Positions 23,319 to 33,109 are shown, counted from the stretch's first letter. The stretch: DNA of 64,000 nucleotides from Limnothrix sp. BL-A-16 (GCA_041937175.2 CP166615.1:800001-864000); one strand, 5' to 3'. Translations and numbers: made by a program. Notes: generated by a model not told the origin, from the sequence alone.

Positions 23319-23456
23319 GCCACCGCCCCCTCACATCACCGCTCCAATTGTAAGAGCCTGTCCCCTACAGAATGTTGGCGACATGGGAGCAACGCCGCAG
23401 AGAAACTAGTAAGGGGTGGGATTTTCCTGCCCCTTTTTTGTGTTTTTTAGGAAGCG

Positions 23457-23610
23457 TTATGGCTCAAAAGCTGGGTTCACCGAAGGGGTTGTCTTCCCCG
23501 GGGGGCAGGGCTTCGCGGGCTTCGAGGCTGCCGCGCACCCCTTCGACAATGACGTTAAAGGCGGCGGCGGCGATCGCTCCGGGTAAACCAGCGCTGGCCA
23601 GGGCGATCGA
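23457..23610 (-). pseudogene. Orphan 3' fragment of a deleted paralog of 25256-26587
   Basis: Encodes IALASAGLPGAIAAAAFNVIVEGVRG...NPFGEPSF*, near-identical to the 3' end of 25256-26587, joined directly to a copy of that gene's upstream sequence. Confidence 0.75.
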
Positions 23611-23700
23611 CACAGCTCCAATTGTAGAAGCCTATCCCCAACATCCCGTAGGGGACATGAGAGCAATGCCGCCAAGAAGCTAGAAATGGGTGGGATTTTC

Positions 23701-25110
23701 CTAGCCCAGTTTCCAGCAATGGTGATCCAGCAATATCGTCTGTTCTTGCAGTTGAGCGATCGACTCCGGCAACTCAGTCAGTTGGTTGTCTTGGAGATCA
23801 AGACTTGTCAGATTTTTCAGTTGAAGGATGACCGCCGGTAGCTCAGTCAGTTGGTTGCGGCTGAGGTAAAGCTTGGTCAGATTTTTCAGTTGCCCAAGCT
23901 CTGCCGGTAGATCAGTTAGTTGGTTGCCATCAAGGTGAAGCTCAGTCAGATTTTGCAGTTGCCAAAACTCAGCCGGTAGCTCAGTTAGTTGGTTGCGGCG
24001 GAGGTCAAGCTTGGTCAGATTTTTCAGTTGAAGGATGACTGCCGGTAGCTCAGTCAGTCGGTTGCGGTGGAGGTCAAGCTTGGTCAGATTTTTCAGTTGC
24101 CCAAACTCCACTGGTAGCTCACTTAATTGGTTGCCGCCGAGGTAAAGCTTGGTCAGATTTTGCAGTTGCCCAAACTCCACCGGTAACTCACTCAGTTGGC
24201 TATATTCGAGAAACAGCTCTTCTAAATTTCGCAACCGACCAAACTCCGCCGGTAGCTTACTCAGTCGGTTGTAGCGGAGGGAAAGCGATGTCAGATTTTG
24301 CAGTTGCCCAAACTCCGCCGGTAGCTCGCTCAATCGGTTCTTCCAGAGGTCAAGCTCGCTCAGATTTTGCAGTTGCCCAAACTCCACCGGCAACTCACTC
24401 AGTTGGTTGTCCGCGAGGTCAAGCTTGGTCAGATTTCGCAGTTGCCCAAACTCCGCCGGTAGCTCAGTCAGGCGGTTGCTGCTGAGGTCAAGCTTGGTCA
24501 GATTTTGCAGTTGCCCAAACTCCGCCGGTAGCTCAGTCAGGCGGTTGCTGCTGAGGTCAAGCTTGGTCAGATTTTGCAGTTGCCCAAACTCCGCCGGTAA
24601 CTTACTCAGTCGGTTGTAGCTGAGAGACAGCTCTTCCAAATTTCGCAGTTGCCCAAACTCAGTCGGTAGCTCGCTCAGTTGGCTGTAGCTGAGCAACAGC
24701 TCGATCAAATTTTCCAGTTGACCAAACTCTGCCGGTAGCTCGCTCAGGTGGCGGTTGCCGCCGAGAAACAGCTCTTCCAAATTTCGCAATTGCCCAAACT
24801 CTGCTGGTAACTTTCTCAGTTGGTTGGAAGCGAGATTAAGCAGTCTCAGATTTTGTAGTTGGCCAATTTCTGCTGGTAGCTCTCCTAATTGGTTGTCGCT
24901 GAGCACCAGCTCGATCAGATTTCTCAGTTGACCAATTTCTGCTGGTAGCTCTCTCAAAGACCACCCGACGTGTAGCTCAGTCAGATTTTGCAGTTGACCA
25001 ATTTCTGCTGGTAATTGTTCTAGGGCCGGCCCCCGCCCCCAAATAGCCAACTGTGTCTGGCCCTCCGCTTTGGCACGCTCCAGCAGCGCCAACAACTTCG
25101 CCCGTTCCAT
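23701..25110 (-). CDS. LRR protein (18 x 23-aa repeats)
   Basis: LxNLxxLxLxxNxLxxLPxE(F/I)GQ repeats with an N-cap and short C-cap. Confidence 0.92.
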   Translation of the reverse strand: MERAKLLALLERAKAEGQTQLAIWGRGPALEQLPAEIGQLQNLTELHVGWSLRELPAEIGQLRNLIELVLSDNQLGELPAEIGQLQNLRLLNLASNQLRKLPAEFGQLRNLEELFLGGNRHLSELPAEFGQLENLIELLLSYSQLSELPTEFGQLRNLEELSLSYNRLSKLPAEFGQLQNLTKLDLSSNRLTELPAEFGQLQNLTKLDLSSNRLTELPAEFGQLRNLTKLDLADNQLSELPVEFGQLQNLSELDLWKNRLSELPAEFGQLQNLTSLSLRYNRLSKLPAEFGRLRNLEELFLEYSQLSELPVEFGQLQNLTKLYLGGNQLSELPVEFGQLKNLTKLDLHRNRLTELPAVILQLKNLTKLDLRRNQLTELPAEFWQLQNLTELHLDGNQLTDLPAELGQLKNLTKLYLSRNQLTELPAVILQLKNLTSLDLQDNQLTELPESIAQLQEQTILLDHHCWKLG

Positions 25111-25255
25111 GCCACCGCCCCTTCACATCACCGCTCCAATTGTAAGAGCCTGTCCCCTACAGAATGTTGGCGACATGGGAGCAATGCCGCAGAGAAACTC
25201 GCAAGGGGTGGGATTTTCCTGCCCCTTTTTTGTGTTTTTTAGGAAGCGTTGTGGC
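25111..25255. repeat. Conserved inter-LRR spacer (near-identical copy at 23319-23456; partial copies at 21888-21912, 23611-23703 and 26588-26660)
   Basis: Shared blocks GCCACCGCCCC..CACATCACCGCTCCAATTGTA, CATG(G/A)GAGCAA and GGGTGGGATTTTCCT. Confidence 0.85.
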
Positions 25256-26587
25256 TCAAAAGCTGGGTTCGCCAAAGGGGTTTTCGTCGTCGCCGGGGGG
25301 CAGTGCGCCACGGTTTTCCAGGCCCCCACGCACCCCTTCGACTACCACGTTAAAGGCGGCGGCGGCGATCGCTCCGGGTAAACCAGCGCTGGCCAGGGCG
25401 ATGCCAACGGCGCTTTTGGCGAGTTCGGGGCCGGCGTTTTTGAAGGCGGCCCAGAGGGTTTGTTGCCATTCCAAATCTTTGAACGTGACTTGGGTTTGCA
25501 GTTTGGCGGTGGTGGTTTGTTCGTCGATTTTCAGTTGTTTCAGCAGCTCCTGAATTATCTGTTGAGCGGCTTCGGGGGTTTGGGGGGCTTGGTAGTTGTT
25601 AACGGTTTTGTCGCCTGCTACGTTGTCGCCGCTGCCGTGGTGGTTTTGGGTGATGTTGGTGGTCATATTCAGTGTTTGATTTCGATTAACAAATTTATCG
25701 ATCTTGACTACTATTTTATGAAAAAGAGAAGAATGATCATCTGCAAAAAAGCTGCTATTTCCTAAGGATTCTTGTGATTTGCTAAAAGAAATGGCTTTAA
25801 GATTTTGATCGCTGAAGTAAAGATCTAGAATTGTTCTTAAATCACCTGGCTCTTCCAAACCTAAAATTTCCGATGAAATAGGAATTGGATTACCGCGTAA
25901 GTCTAGCCTCTCAAGATTGATCAATTCTCGAATAAATGTTGGTATATGGTTCAATTGGTTATAAGCGAGATGTAATTCTGCTAGATTTTGCAAACACGTT
26001 ATATCAATTGGCAGAAAATCTAGTTTGTTGTTGTTAAGATGAAGCCCTACTAAATTTTTAAGTTGAAAGATCTCGATTGGTATTTGAATCAGGTTTGCAT
26101 TTGTAAGAGAAAGCCAATTTAGTCTTTTTAGGTTCACGATTTCTGGTGGTAATTTTGTTATTTGCTTACCTCCAAGGATTAGTGTTTTCAGATTTTGTAA
26201 TTGGATGATTTCCAGTGGAAACGAATTCAGTGAATTGTGACAAAGTTCAAGTGTGCTGAGATTTTGTAGTTGGCTAATTTCTGCTGGCAGTGAACTCAGT
26301 GGGTTACTCCAGAGTTCAAGTGTGACTAGACTTTTCAGTTGACCTATTTCTGCTGGTAGTTGACTTAGCTGATTGAAGTCGAGGGCAAGTGTTTTCAAAT
26401 TGTGCAGTTGACCAATTTCTACTGGTAATTGACTCAACTGGTTGCCGCCGAGGTTCAACGATCTCAGATTGTGCAGTTGACCAATTTCTACTGGTAATTC
26501 TTCCAATCCCTTCCATGAAAGATCCAGCTCCGTCCAGCCTTCCGCCTTTGCCCGTCCCAACAGCGCCAACAACTCCGCCCGTTCCAT
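25256..26587 (-). CDS. LRR protein with a Roco-like LRR end but no Roc-COR domain; C-terminal helical domain
   Basis: About 10 LRRs, LDLRGNPIPISSEILG...PGDLRTILDLYF, then TQNHHGSGDNVAGDK and a hydrophobic tail; no P-loop. Confidence 0.85.
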   Translation of the reverse strand: MERAELLALLGRAKAEGWTELDLSWKGLEELPVEIGQLHNLRSLNLGGNQLSQLPVEIGQLHNLKTLALDFNQLSQLPAEIGQLKSLVTLELWSNPLSSLPAEISQLQNLSTLELCHNSLNSFPLEIIQLQNLKTLILGGKQITKLPPEIVNLKRLNWLSLTNANLIQIPIEIFQLKNLVGLHLNNNKLDFLPIDITCLQNLAELHLAYNQLNHIPTFIRELINLERLDLRGNPIPISSEILGLEEPGDLRTILDLYFSDQNLKAISFSKSQESLGNSSFFADDHSSLFHKIVVKIDKFVNRNQTLNMTTNITQNHHGSGDNVAGDKTVNNYQAPQTPEAAQQIIQELLKQLKIDEQTTTAKLQTQVTFKDLEWQQTLWAAFKNAGPELAKSAVGIALASAGLPGAIAAAAFNVVVEGVRGGLENRGALPPGDDENPFGEPSF

Positions 26588-26640
26588 GCCACCGCCCCCT
26601 CACATCACCGCTCCAATTGTAGAAGTCTATCCCCCACATC

Positions 26641-26858
26641 CCGTAGGGTGCATGGGAGCAAACCCCAATGGTCACGAAATGATTAATTTGTTTTCCCATG
26701 CACCGTGGATTGAACGCCGCCCAACCGATCAATGTTGTTGAATGTGTGATGGGTTGCGGTGTGTGGAAATGATTGTTGAATGCGTGACGGGTTGCGGTGC
26801 ATGGGAGAAGAATGATGATGGTCGTTTGTTTCCGAGCGTGCTCCCATGCACCCTACGG
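26641..26858. repeat. GTAG-type REP doublet (REPIN-like)
   Basis: Perfect 20-bp inverted repeat CCGTAGGGTGCATGGGAGCA / TGCTCCCATGCACCCTACGG. Each arm forms its own GGTGCATGGGA...TCCCATGCACC hairpin; internal direct repeat TTGTTGAATGYGTGAYGGGTTGCGGTG x2. Confidence 0.75.
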
Positions 26859-26929
26859 TTTTGGTGATTAGCGCCGATCGCCCATTACAACAAACCCACC
26901 CCAAAAATGCCAGACTAATTGCCCGGTTT

Positions 26930-27987
26930 CTAGCGTCCCCAAATCCAATGCAAGAGCAGAATCAACAAATACACCACCGCCAAAATGGCCAAACCATAGA
27001 ACAGAATCGATCGCTCGTCCTTGGGGCTGGGGAGCGAGGGATCCGCCTCCACTGGACAAAACCGCACCAAACTGCGATTCACAAAGGCCTCGCCTAACAC
27101 AGGATTGCTGAAATAGGCCAACAGTTGCTTACCCAACGTGGTTTCAATGCCCAGCCCATCACGGGACACACCCACGCGGGAAATGCCCCCATAGGAAAAC
27201 GCAGCCAGCTCTCGCACCGGTTGCTGGCTCCAAAAAGAGGGCAGGGCGATCGCGCAGAGTCGGGTACTGGTCACCAGCAACACCGCCGGCCCGTCATCGA
27301 TGCGCACGGAAACCACGTCAATGAGCTGTTCTTCCGGTGCGTTCAGGAAATACACCAAAAATTCTGCCAGCTTGGGAATCGCGCCCTGCATCGGAAAACC
27401 CAGTTGGCCCGTTTCCGCCAGCCAATCTTCATAGACCTTTTCCGGCTGAATCAGGTCGATCGCCTCTTCGGGGTTGGGATAGGTCGGCTCAGGATAAATC
27501 GGCGGGAGTTGGGGCGCGGGGGCTGGGCTGGGCGCGGGGCCGGCGCAACAAACCCGGTATTCCCCGGATCGTAGGTGGCGCTGATCTCCGAGGGGGCGGG
27601 GGAAACGCTGGGGGCGATCGTGTAGCTGGGCGAACCGGTCAGGCCCAGAGCGCTCAACGGGGGCGTGGCCAAGGACATGCCAGAGCCGTCATTGGCCAGG
27701 TAGAGGGCATCAGTCCAGGTGGGTGCGCCGGCCCCGGCCGCCCAACCGGAGACCCGCACCACGCCCACGGGTTCCACCTTCAGGATGTTCATGCCCTTGC
27801 GAACAAAGGTCATCAGCGCCGGGCGATCGGGGGCGCGATCGGCCCCCAACAGATTCAAAATCAAGCAATTGCCATCAAGGCTGACTTCCACCGCAATCCC
27901 CGCCGCTTGTAACTTGCGGTTCATGAGGGTGGCGATCGCCTCTACATTGCCCTGCCGGGCGAGCAGTAACAATTCCGTCTGAGACAT
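26930..27987 (-). pseudogene. Single hypothetical membrane protein split by a 1-bp frameshift (ORFs 27451-27987 and 26930-27391)
   Basis: N-terminus LLARQGNVEAIATLMN. The frame upstream of the second ORF is open and protein-like (PQLPPIYPEPTYPNPEEAIDLIQPEKVYEDWLAETG) back to a C-run near 27520. Confidence 0.65.
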
Positions 27988-28156
27988 AGATCGGTGGTGT
28001 CAATTGCCTGAAAGCCTGGAGGCTGCTCAACGAGTCAACATGGCCCGGGGGCTGCTGTTGGCCGGGAGCGCCATTTCTCGCAATCATACACCTGGTTTTC
28101 GGTGGCTCGCCCATGGTGTCTTGCCGTTGGGGTGCGGCATCCTCAGGTACAACCCC

Positions 28157-28861
28157 TCAGGCGCGGCCATAGTGGGCCAGGGGCTGACCGGTGCGATCGG
28201 CCCACAGTTGATCGCCCCAGGAAAAGTGCCACCACTCTTGGGCATGTTGGGCAAACCCGCCCGCGGCCATGGCCCGTTGCAATAGTTGGCGCTGGGCGTG
28301 GAACTGCTGGTGTTGGGGATCGGTGGCTGGGGCAAAGTGGTTGGGAAATGAACGATCGGAACATTCATCGATCGGGGATCCCATGTCCAGCACCCGCCCG
28401 GCCGCGTCAAGCAGGGTCAGATCCAGGGCGGCTCCGGTGCTGTGGGGTGGCGGGGTGGCGGGGTGGTCGCTGGGGCTGGCCCAAAACTGGCTAACGCGTG
28501 ATCGCAAGGCTTGGGTTTGGGGATGATTGGGATCTTGTGCCAGGGGGACGGGATCCAACCCTTCCATGAGGGCCAATTCTGCAAAGGTGTAGTCCACCAT
28601 GAATTGCTGAACGGCCAAGGGGCGATAGGCATCAAAGATGGCCAGTTGCCAGCCCGGTTGTTGTTGGGCTAGCCAGTGGGCGGCCTGAAGCAGTCGATCG
28701 AGCACGCCCGATCGCACCCAAAAGGGCGATTGATCACCATAGGGCGCACCCAAAACCGCGTAAGGATGGGGATTCCAGAGATGGAACCGATCGGGCGGAA
28801 TGGGCACTAGGGGTTCGCCACAGTCCGCGATCGGGATTTTTTGATAGGGCTTGAGGGCCAT
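28157..28861 (-). CDS. D-alanyl-D-alanine dipeptidase (M15D, VanX/DdpX-like)
   Basis: IFDAYRP, PPHSTGAALDLTL, LDMGS, EWWHFS. Confidence 0.9.
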   Translation of the reverse strand: MALKPYQKIPIADCGEPLVPIPPDRFHLWNPHPYAVLGAPYGDQSPFWVRSGVLDRLLQAAHWLAQQQPGWQLAIFDAYRPLAVQQFMVDYTFAELALMEGLDPVPLAQDPNHPQTQALRSRVSQFWASPSDHPATPPPHSTGAALDLTLLDAAGRVLDMGSPIDECSDRSFPNHFAPATDPQHQQFHAQRQLLQRAMAAGGFAQHAQEWWHFSWGDQLWADRTGQPLAHYGRA

Positions 28862-28940
28862 GGGGTTGATGGGTGCGGCGGTTGCGGAGCCTGAGGGCAG
28901 AGCTTGAGGGTAAAGCTTGAGGATTCATCAACGGCAATCC

Positions 28941-29774
28941 CTAGGCGCGGCCCAATTCCTGCGATCGTTGCCAGGCTGCGCGTACCGCTTCGATGGTGGC
29001 GGAACGGAATCCGGCCTGCTCCAGGGCGGCCACTCCGGCGATCGTTGTGCCGCCGGGACTGGTCACCCGATCTTTCAGGATCGCCGGGTGCAGTTGGCTG
29101 TCTTGCAACAGTTGGGCGGTTCCCAAAACCGTTTGCAGGGCCAAGGTGCTGGCGGTGGCGCGGGGCAACCCGGCCGCCACGCCCCCATCGGTGAGCGCTT
29201 CCACAAACAAGGCCACAAAGGCCGGCCCCGACCCAGACAACCCGGTGACCGCATCCATCAAAGATTCCGGCACTTCCACCACTTGCCCGATCGCCCCAAA
29301 AATCTGGCGAGCCTGTTCCATGGCCGCCTGCTCGGCCAAAGAACCGGGGGCGATCGCCGTGACCCCTGCGCCCACGGTGGCCGGTGTGTTGGGCATTGCT
29401 CGCACCACCGGACAGCCGCCGAAGGCCGCTTCCAGTTTGGCCAAGGTTGTGCCGGCCAAGATTGACAGGATCAGGGGCGATCGCGCGGGATCCCAAGCAC
29501 CGGCCACCTGGGCCGCTACCGTAGCGAAGACCTGGGGCTTGATGGCCAAAAGAACGATTTGGGATTGGGCCAGGAGCGATCGATTGTCATCGGTGACCTG
29601 TACCCCATAGCGCTCGGCCAAGGTCGCTCGGCGCTCGGCCATGGGTTCACTGACGCAAATTTGCGCTCCAGGAATCACATCCCGATCGCACAACCGGGCC
29701 AAAATTGCCTCGGCCATCACGCCCCCGCCAATTACGCCCAACTGCCAAACCGCACCGGCCCCGGAATCCGTCAT
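28941..29774 (-). CDS. proC: Pyrroline-5-carboxylate reductase
   Basis: IGGGVMAEA, LAIKPQ, RAMPNTP, TGLSGSGPAF, VTSPGGTTIAG. Confidence 0.96.
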   Translation of the reverse strand: MTDSGAGAVWQLGVIGGGVMAEAILARLCDRDVIPGAQICVSEPMAERRATLAERYGVQVTDDNRSLLAQSQIVLLAIKPQVFATVAAQVAGAWDPARSPLILSILAGTTLAKLEAAFGGCPVVRAMPNTPATVGAGVTAIAPGSLAEQAAMEQARQIFGAIGQVVEVPESLMDAVTGLSGSGPAFVALFVEALTDGGVAAGLPRATASTLALQTVLGTAQLLQDSQLHPAILKDRVTSPGGTTIAGVAALEQAGFRSATIEAVRAAWQRSQELGRA

Positions 29775-29936
29775 AAACCTTGTCTCACGCTGAATTTTTC
29801 GATCCAATCGATGCGGATTGGATGGGTCTAGGGCAAAAATATAGGGCAATAGATGTACTACTGCCCTACAGTTTGGCCCGGTGTTCAAGGGCCCCTCGAT
29901 CGTGATTGATCGTTGAAGATTGAACCGTGATTAAAC

Positions 29937-30638
29937 CTACTGAGCTGCCGCCTGTTGGAAGCGATCGGTTGCCCAAACGGGGGCTTGGCCAGGACGAGCG
30001 GCGGCCTGAGCAGCAGCCTGAGCCTGGAACACTTCGCGCACCAAACCGCTGTGGGTGCTGACCTGCACACAACTGGGCGTGAACAGGAAAATGCTTTCGC
30101 CAATCCGCTCTTGGTGACCATCCAGGGCGTAGGTTCCGCCAGCGATGAAGTCCACGGAGCGCTGGGCCTGGTCGGGATCCATCATCGTCAGGTTCAACAC
30201 CACCGATTTCCGTTCCCGCAGGGCCTGAATCGCTTGGGGCATTTCCTCAAACGATCGCGGCTCCATCACCACCACTTCGGAAATTCCGTTGACCGCACCC
30301 GGCATACCAATCACGTTGCTCATAGAAGAAGTTGTTGGGGTTCCAGTTGTTGCGCGGGGGCTGGGCGGCACAATCGGCTCGGGCGATCGGGCCGCGGCCG
30401 GTGCCGGGAACCCACCGGCCAACGAAGCGGATGCATCAGCAACGGCGGCATAGCGACGGCTCCGGCGGGCGCTGGCCTCATCCGTGGGAGCCGCAGCGGG
30501 CTGGGACTCCGCCGCCGGCTGCTGATACGAACCACGGTAGCCGTTGTTATTGCTATCGTTTTCGTCGTAGTCGTAATCGTATTCCACTGGATCGCCCAGA
30601 CCCACAAAATCCCGAAGTTTCGTAAAAATAGCGTTCAC
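29937..30638 (-). CDS. sepF: Cell division protein SepF
   Basis: F.KLRDFVG amphipathic N-terminus; [12 protein letters not shown]...VVLNL...[17 protein letters not shown]...FLFTP. Confidence 0.95.
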   Translation of the reverse strand: MNAIFTKLRDFVGLGDPVEYDYDYDENDSNNNGYRGSYQQPAAESQPAAAPTDEASARRSRRYAAVADASASLAGGFPAPAAARSPEPIVPPSPRATTGTPTTSSMSNVIGMPGAVNGISEVVVMEPRSFEEMPQAIQALRERKSVVLNLTMMDPDQAQRSVDFIAGGTYALDGHQERIGESIFLFTPSCVQVSTHSGLVREVFQAQAAAQAAARPGQAPVWATDRFQQAAAQ

Positions 30639-31295
30639 CTCGTCCTCTCCACTTACTAACCACGTTGGGGGCTGGAGTACCGACGAGTTTCTAGGGGCTG
30701 TTGAACGCCGCCAAAACTCCGTCGGCTTGGTTGCCTAACATCCACTCCTCGACGAACCACCATTAACCACCATTTAAACCGCCATTGACCCCAAGAGTTG
30801 CATCATTGCTTCCGGTGGGATTGATCGTCACCTTCAGCGTTTTTGGCGCTTGTGGTCTTGAAAATGGGGTTCCAGCGCAGGGCTGTTCAATGATTGTTGA
30901 ATGGGTTGGGGTATAGGTCGCCCCGATTTTATCAGACTGGGCTAAAAGCCACCTGCTGAAAGGTCTGAATCCAGACCCAATTCCCCAATCTGCACCCCAA
31001 TGAGCTATTCAAAAGGAGCCGTAATTGATTGGCTGCCCATTTTTTGGTCAACAGTCTACTCCAATTTTTTTGATTCCACCACGATCGGATTGGTCGCTGA
31101 AGGATGGATGGTTGCCAAGGGCGATCGAGTGGCTGAGGGGGAGCGATCGGGGTTGGCGGTTGCCTATGGTCACCATTCGCGAAGATCAGCACTCGATCGG
31201 GTCAAAATTGGCTACTTTCAGGCAAATTTTGATAGGTCTTGCTGAATGGTGGGTGAATTTTTGGTGCAATCTCCTCAATTCAACGGGTTAGGAAT

Positions 31296-32009
31296 CTAGA
31301 CCCGATCGCCAAATAGGGTTCGTCCTAGGCGAATCATGGTGGTTCCCGCTTCTAGGGCGATCGGCCAATCGTTAGACATACCCATCGATCGCTCCGTCAT
31401 GGCCAAGCGTTGCCAAGGTTGGGTTTGGATGTGATCCGCCAGCGATCGGGCTTCGGCAAAAAAGTCCGCTAGTTCCGCCTCGTTTAAGGCCAGGGGGGGA
31501 ATGGCCATCAGTCCTCGAATTTGCAGATGGGGCAACTGATCCAACTCGGGCAAGGCCGCTTGCAGTTCACTCGGCGACCAGCCGGCCTTGTTGGGGTCAG
31601 GCCGCAACTTCACTTGCAGACAAATTTGGGGCGGGCGATCGCGCTCGGCGGCCAGGCGATCGAGCCGTTGGGCCAAGTCGAGTCGATCGACGGAATGAAT
31701 CCAATCAAACAGTTCCAGCGCTTTTTTGGCCTTGTTACTTTGCAGTGGCCCAATTAAGTGCCAGCGAATATCCGTCAGGTCACCGAGGGCGGCGCGTTTT
31801 TCGGCCGCTTCCTGCACACGATTTTCCCCAAAGTCCCGAATCCCGCATTCATAGGCTTCCCGCACGCGATCGGGGCCAAAGGTTTTGGAAACGGCAATTA
31901 ATCGCACCGAGTCCGGCAGGCGATCGCGCAGAAATTCGACCCGCTGGGACAAACGGGGCAGCATAGCCAAAGCCTGCACCCAATCCTGGGACATAGACGG
32001 CGCACTCAT
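31296..32009 (-). CDS. pipY: PLP homeostasis protein YggS/PipY
   Basis: LIAVSKT, DFGENRVQE, WHLIGPLQSNK, SMGMSND, IRLGRTLFG; synteny with pipX and sepF. Confidence 0.95.
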   Translation of the reverse strand: MSAPSMSQDWVQALAMLPRLSQRVEFLRDRLPDSVRLIAVSKTFGPDRVREAYECGIRDFGENRVQEAAEKRAALGDLTDIRWHLIGPLQSNKAKKALELFDWIHSVDRLDLAQRLDRLAAERDRPPQICLQVKLRPDPNKAGWSPSELQAALPELDQLPHLQIRGLMAIPPLALNEAELADFFAEARSLADHIQTQPWQRLAMTERSMGMSNDWPIALEAGTTMIRLGRTLFGDRV

Positions 32010-32036
32010 GGCAACAGGATGGTTCGTAAGGCGATT

Positions 32037-32306
32037 TTACTGGAAGGTGCGCTGGTAGGCGGCCCGCACCGCTTGATATTCCTCCCGGTTGCCATTGCGC
32101 TGAAGCGCTCGCATTCTGACCTCGACCATGGTTCGGGCATCGCTGCGGGTAACCGGTTCAAACCGAAGGCCCGTTTCCGCGATCGACACCAAAAAGAACA
32201 GACGATGGGCGTATAGCGTCGTAAATAATTCGCGACTGTTTTCCAGCCGACAAATCATCAGCAATAACCCAAACGTGGGGTGATTTAGATAGGCTTCGAG
32301 GCTCAT
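32037..32306 (-). CDS. pipX: PII/NtcA-interacting protein X (89 aa)
   Basis: E.YLNHPTFGLL..IC, LFTTLYAHRLFFLV, FEPVTRSDAR; ATG at 32306 gives 89 aa. Confidence 0.95.
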   Translation of the reverse strand: MSLEAYLNHPTFGLLLMICRLENSRELFTTLYAHRLFFLVSIAETGLRFEPVTRSDARTMVEVRMRALQRNGNREEYQAVRAAYQRTFQ

Positions 32307-32890
32307 TCCAGCTCTAGTGGGGTAGGACAGCAAGCCGGCCACCCAGAGCGCTTGGCTCGGGATGGCCAAGGAAGTGCGATCGGGTTAGTTTATGGCGTGC
32401 AGATTGCCATCAAATCATGACGCAGCAAAACGTTCGTGTCGAACAGTTGCATCGAACAGTTAATAGTATCGGAATGCGATCGCCTTTCACCGGGATGGCC
32501 CGTGAAATCTCTGCGGGATTTCTCCAATTTTCAGGTCTTTCGCGGGGTGTTTCTGACGGGCGATCGGGGTTTTGGGTCGAGATTCGATCGGGGTTTGACT
32601 CAAATTCAGCCCAATTCGGTTGAAATTCTTAATTCCGATGACTGCACTGGGGCCAGAAACCGGGGATCGATCAAACACAATCCTTGCCTAGGTTTGCTGC
32701 TTTGTTGGGGCGATCGGCCCGATCGCCCCCCGAATTCAATTCCCAACGGTTGGGCTGCCTAACCTTGAGTGTTGGGGCCAGGGCGAGGGCCATTGTCATG
32801 GCCAGGATCATGCGGCAACCCAAGAGGCTGGGATCGCAGGGAAATGTTACGGCGGGCTAACTTTCTCAGGATCCGTCGAATTCAACCCTA

Positions 32891-33032
32891 GGGGGTGTCG
32901 TCATTTTTCAAGGTGATGCTGAAACGGTTGATTTTCCATGTCCTAATCGTTGTAACAAGATGCTCAAGCCCCTTGTCCCCCACGATCCGCTAACGGCAGA
33001 TCTAGGGTTTCGGGTTCAACGACGACAAGCCC
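32891..33032. mobile_element. MITE family B
   Basis: TA|GGGGGTGTCGTC...GACGACAAGCCC|TA, followed by AGCCCCTTG (right half of the shared palindrome). Confidence 0.75.
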
Positions 33033-33109
33033 TAAGCCCCTTGTCCCTCACGATTTGCGCCCAATTCATCCCCAGATTCAACCTCCGATTCTAGGCGGGC
33101 TACCTTGGG

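Noticed and set aside
21911..25110. Regular 69-bp repeats as a CRISPR array
   Set aside because: Repeats are contiguous in-frame LRR codons with no unique spacers, and there are no cas genes.
21911..26587. Diversity-generating retroelement acting on the LRR genes
   Set aside because: No reverse transcriptase or avd gene in the window, no non-coding template repeat, and differences do not appear adenine-restricted by eye.
21880..26660. Classical integron attC cassette array
   Set aside because: No intI gene. A GCCTAAC occurs at only one spacer, and there is no consistent RYYYAAC...GTTRRRY pairing.
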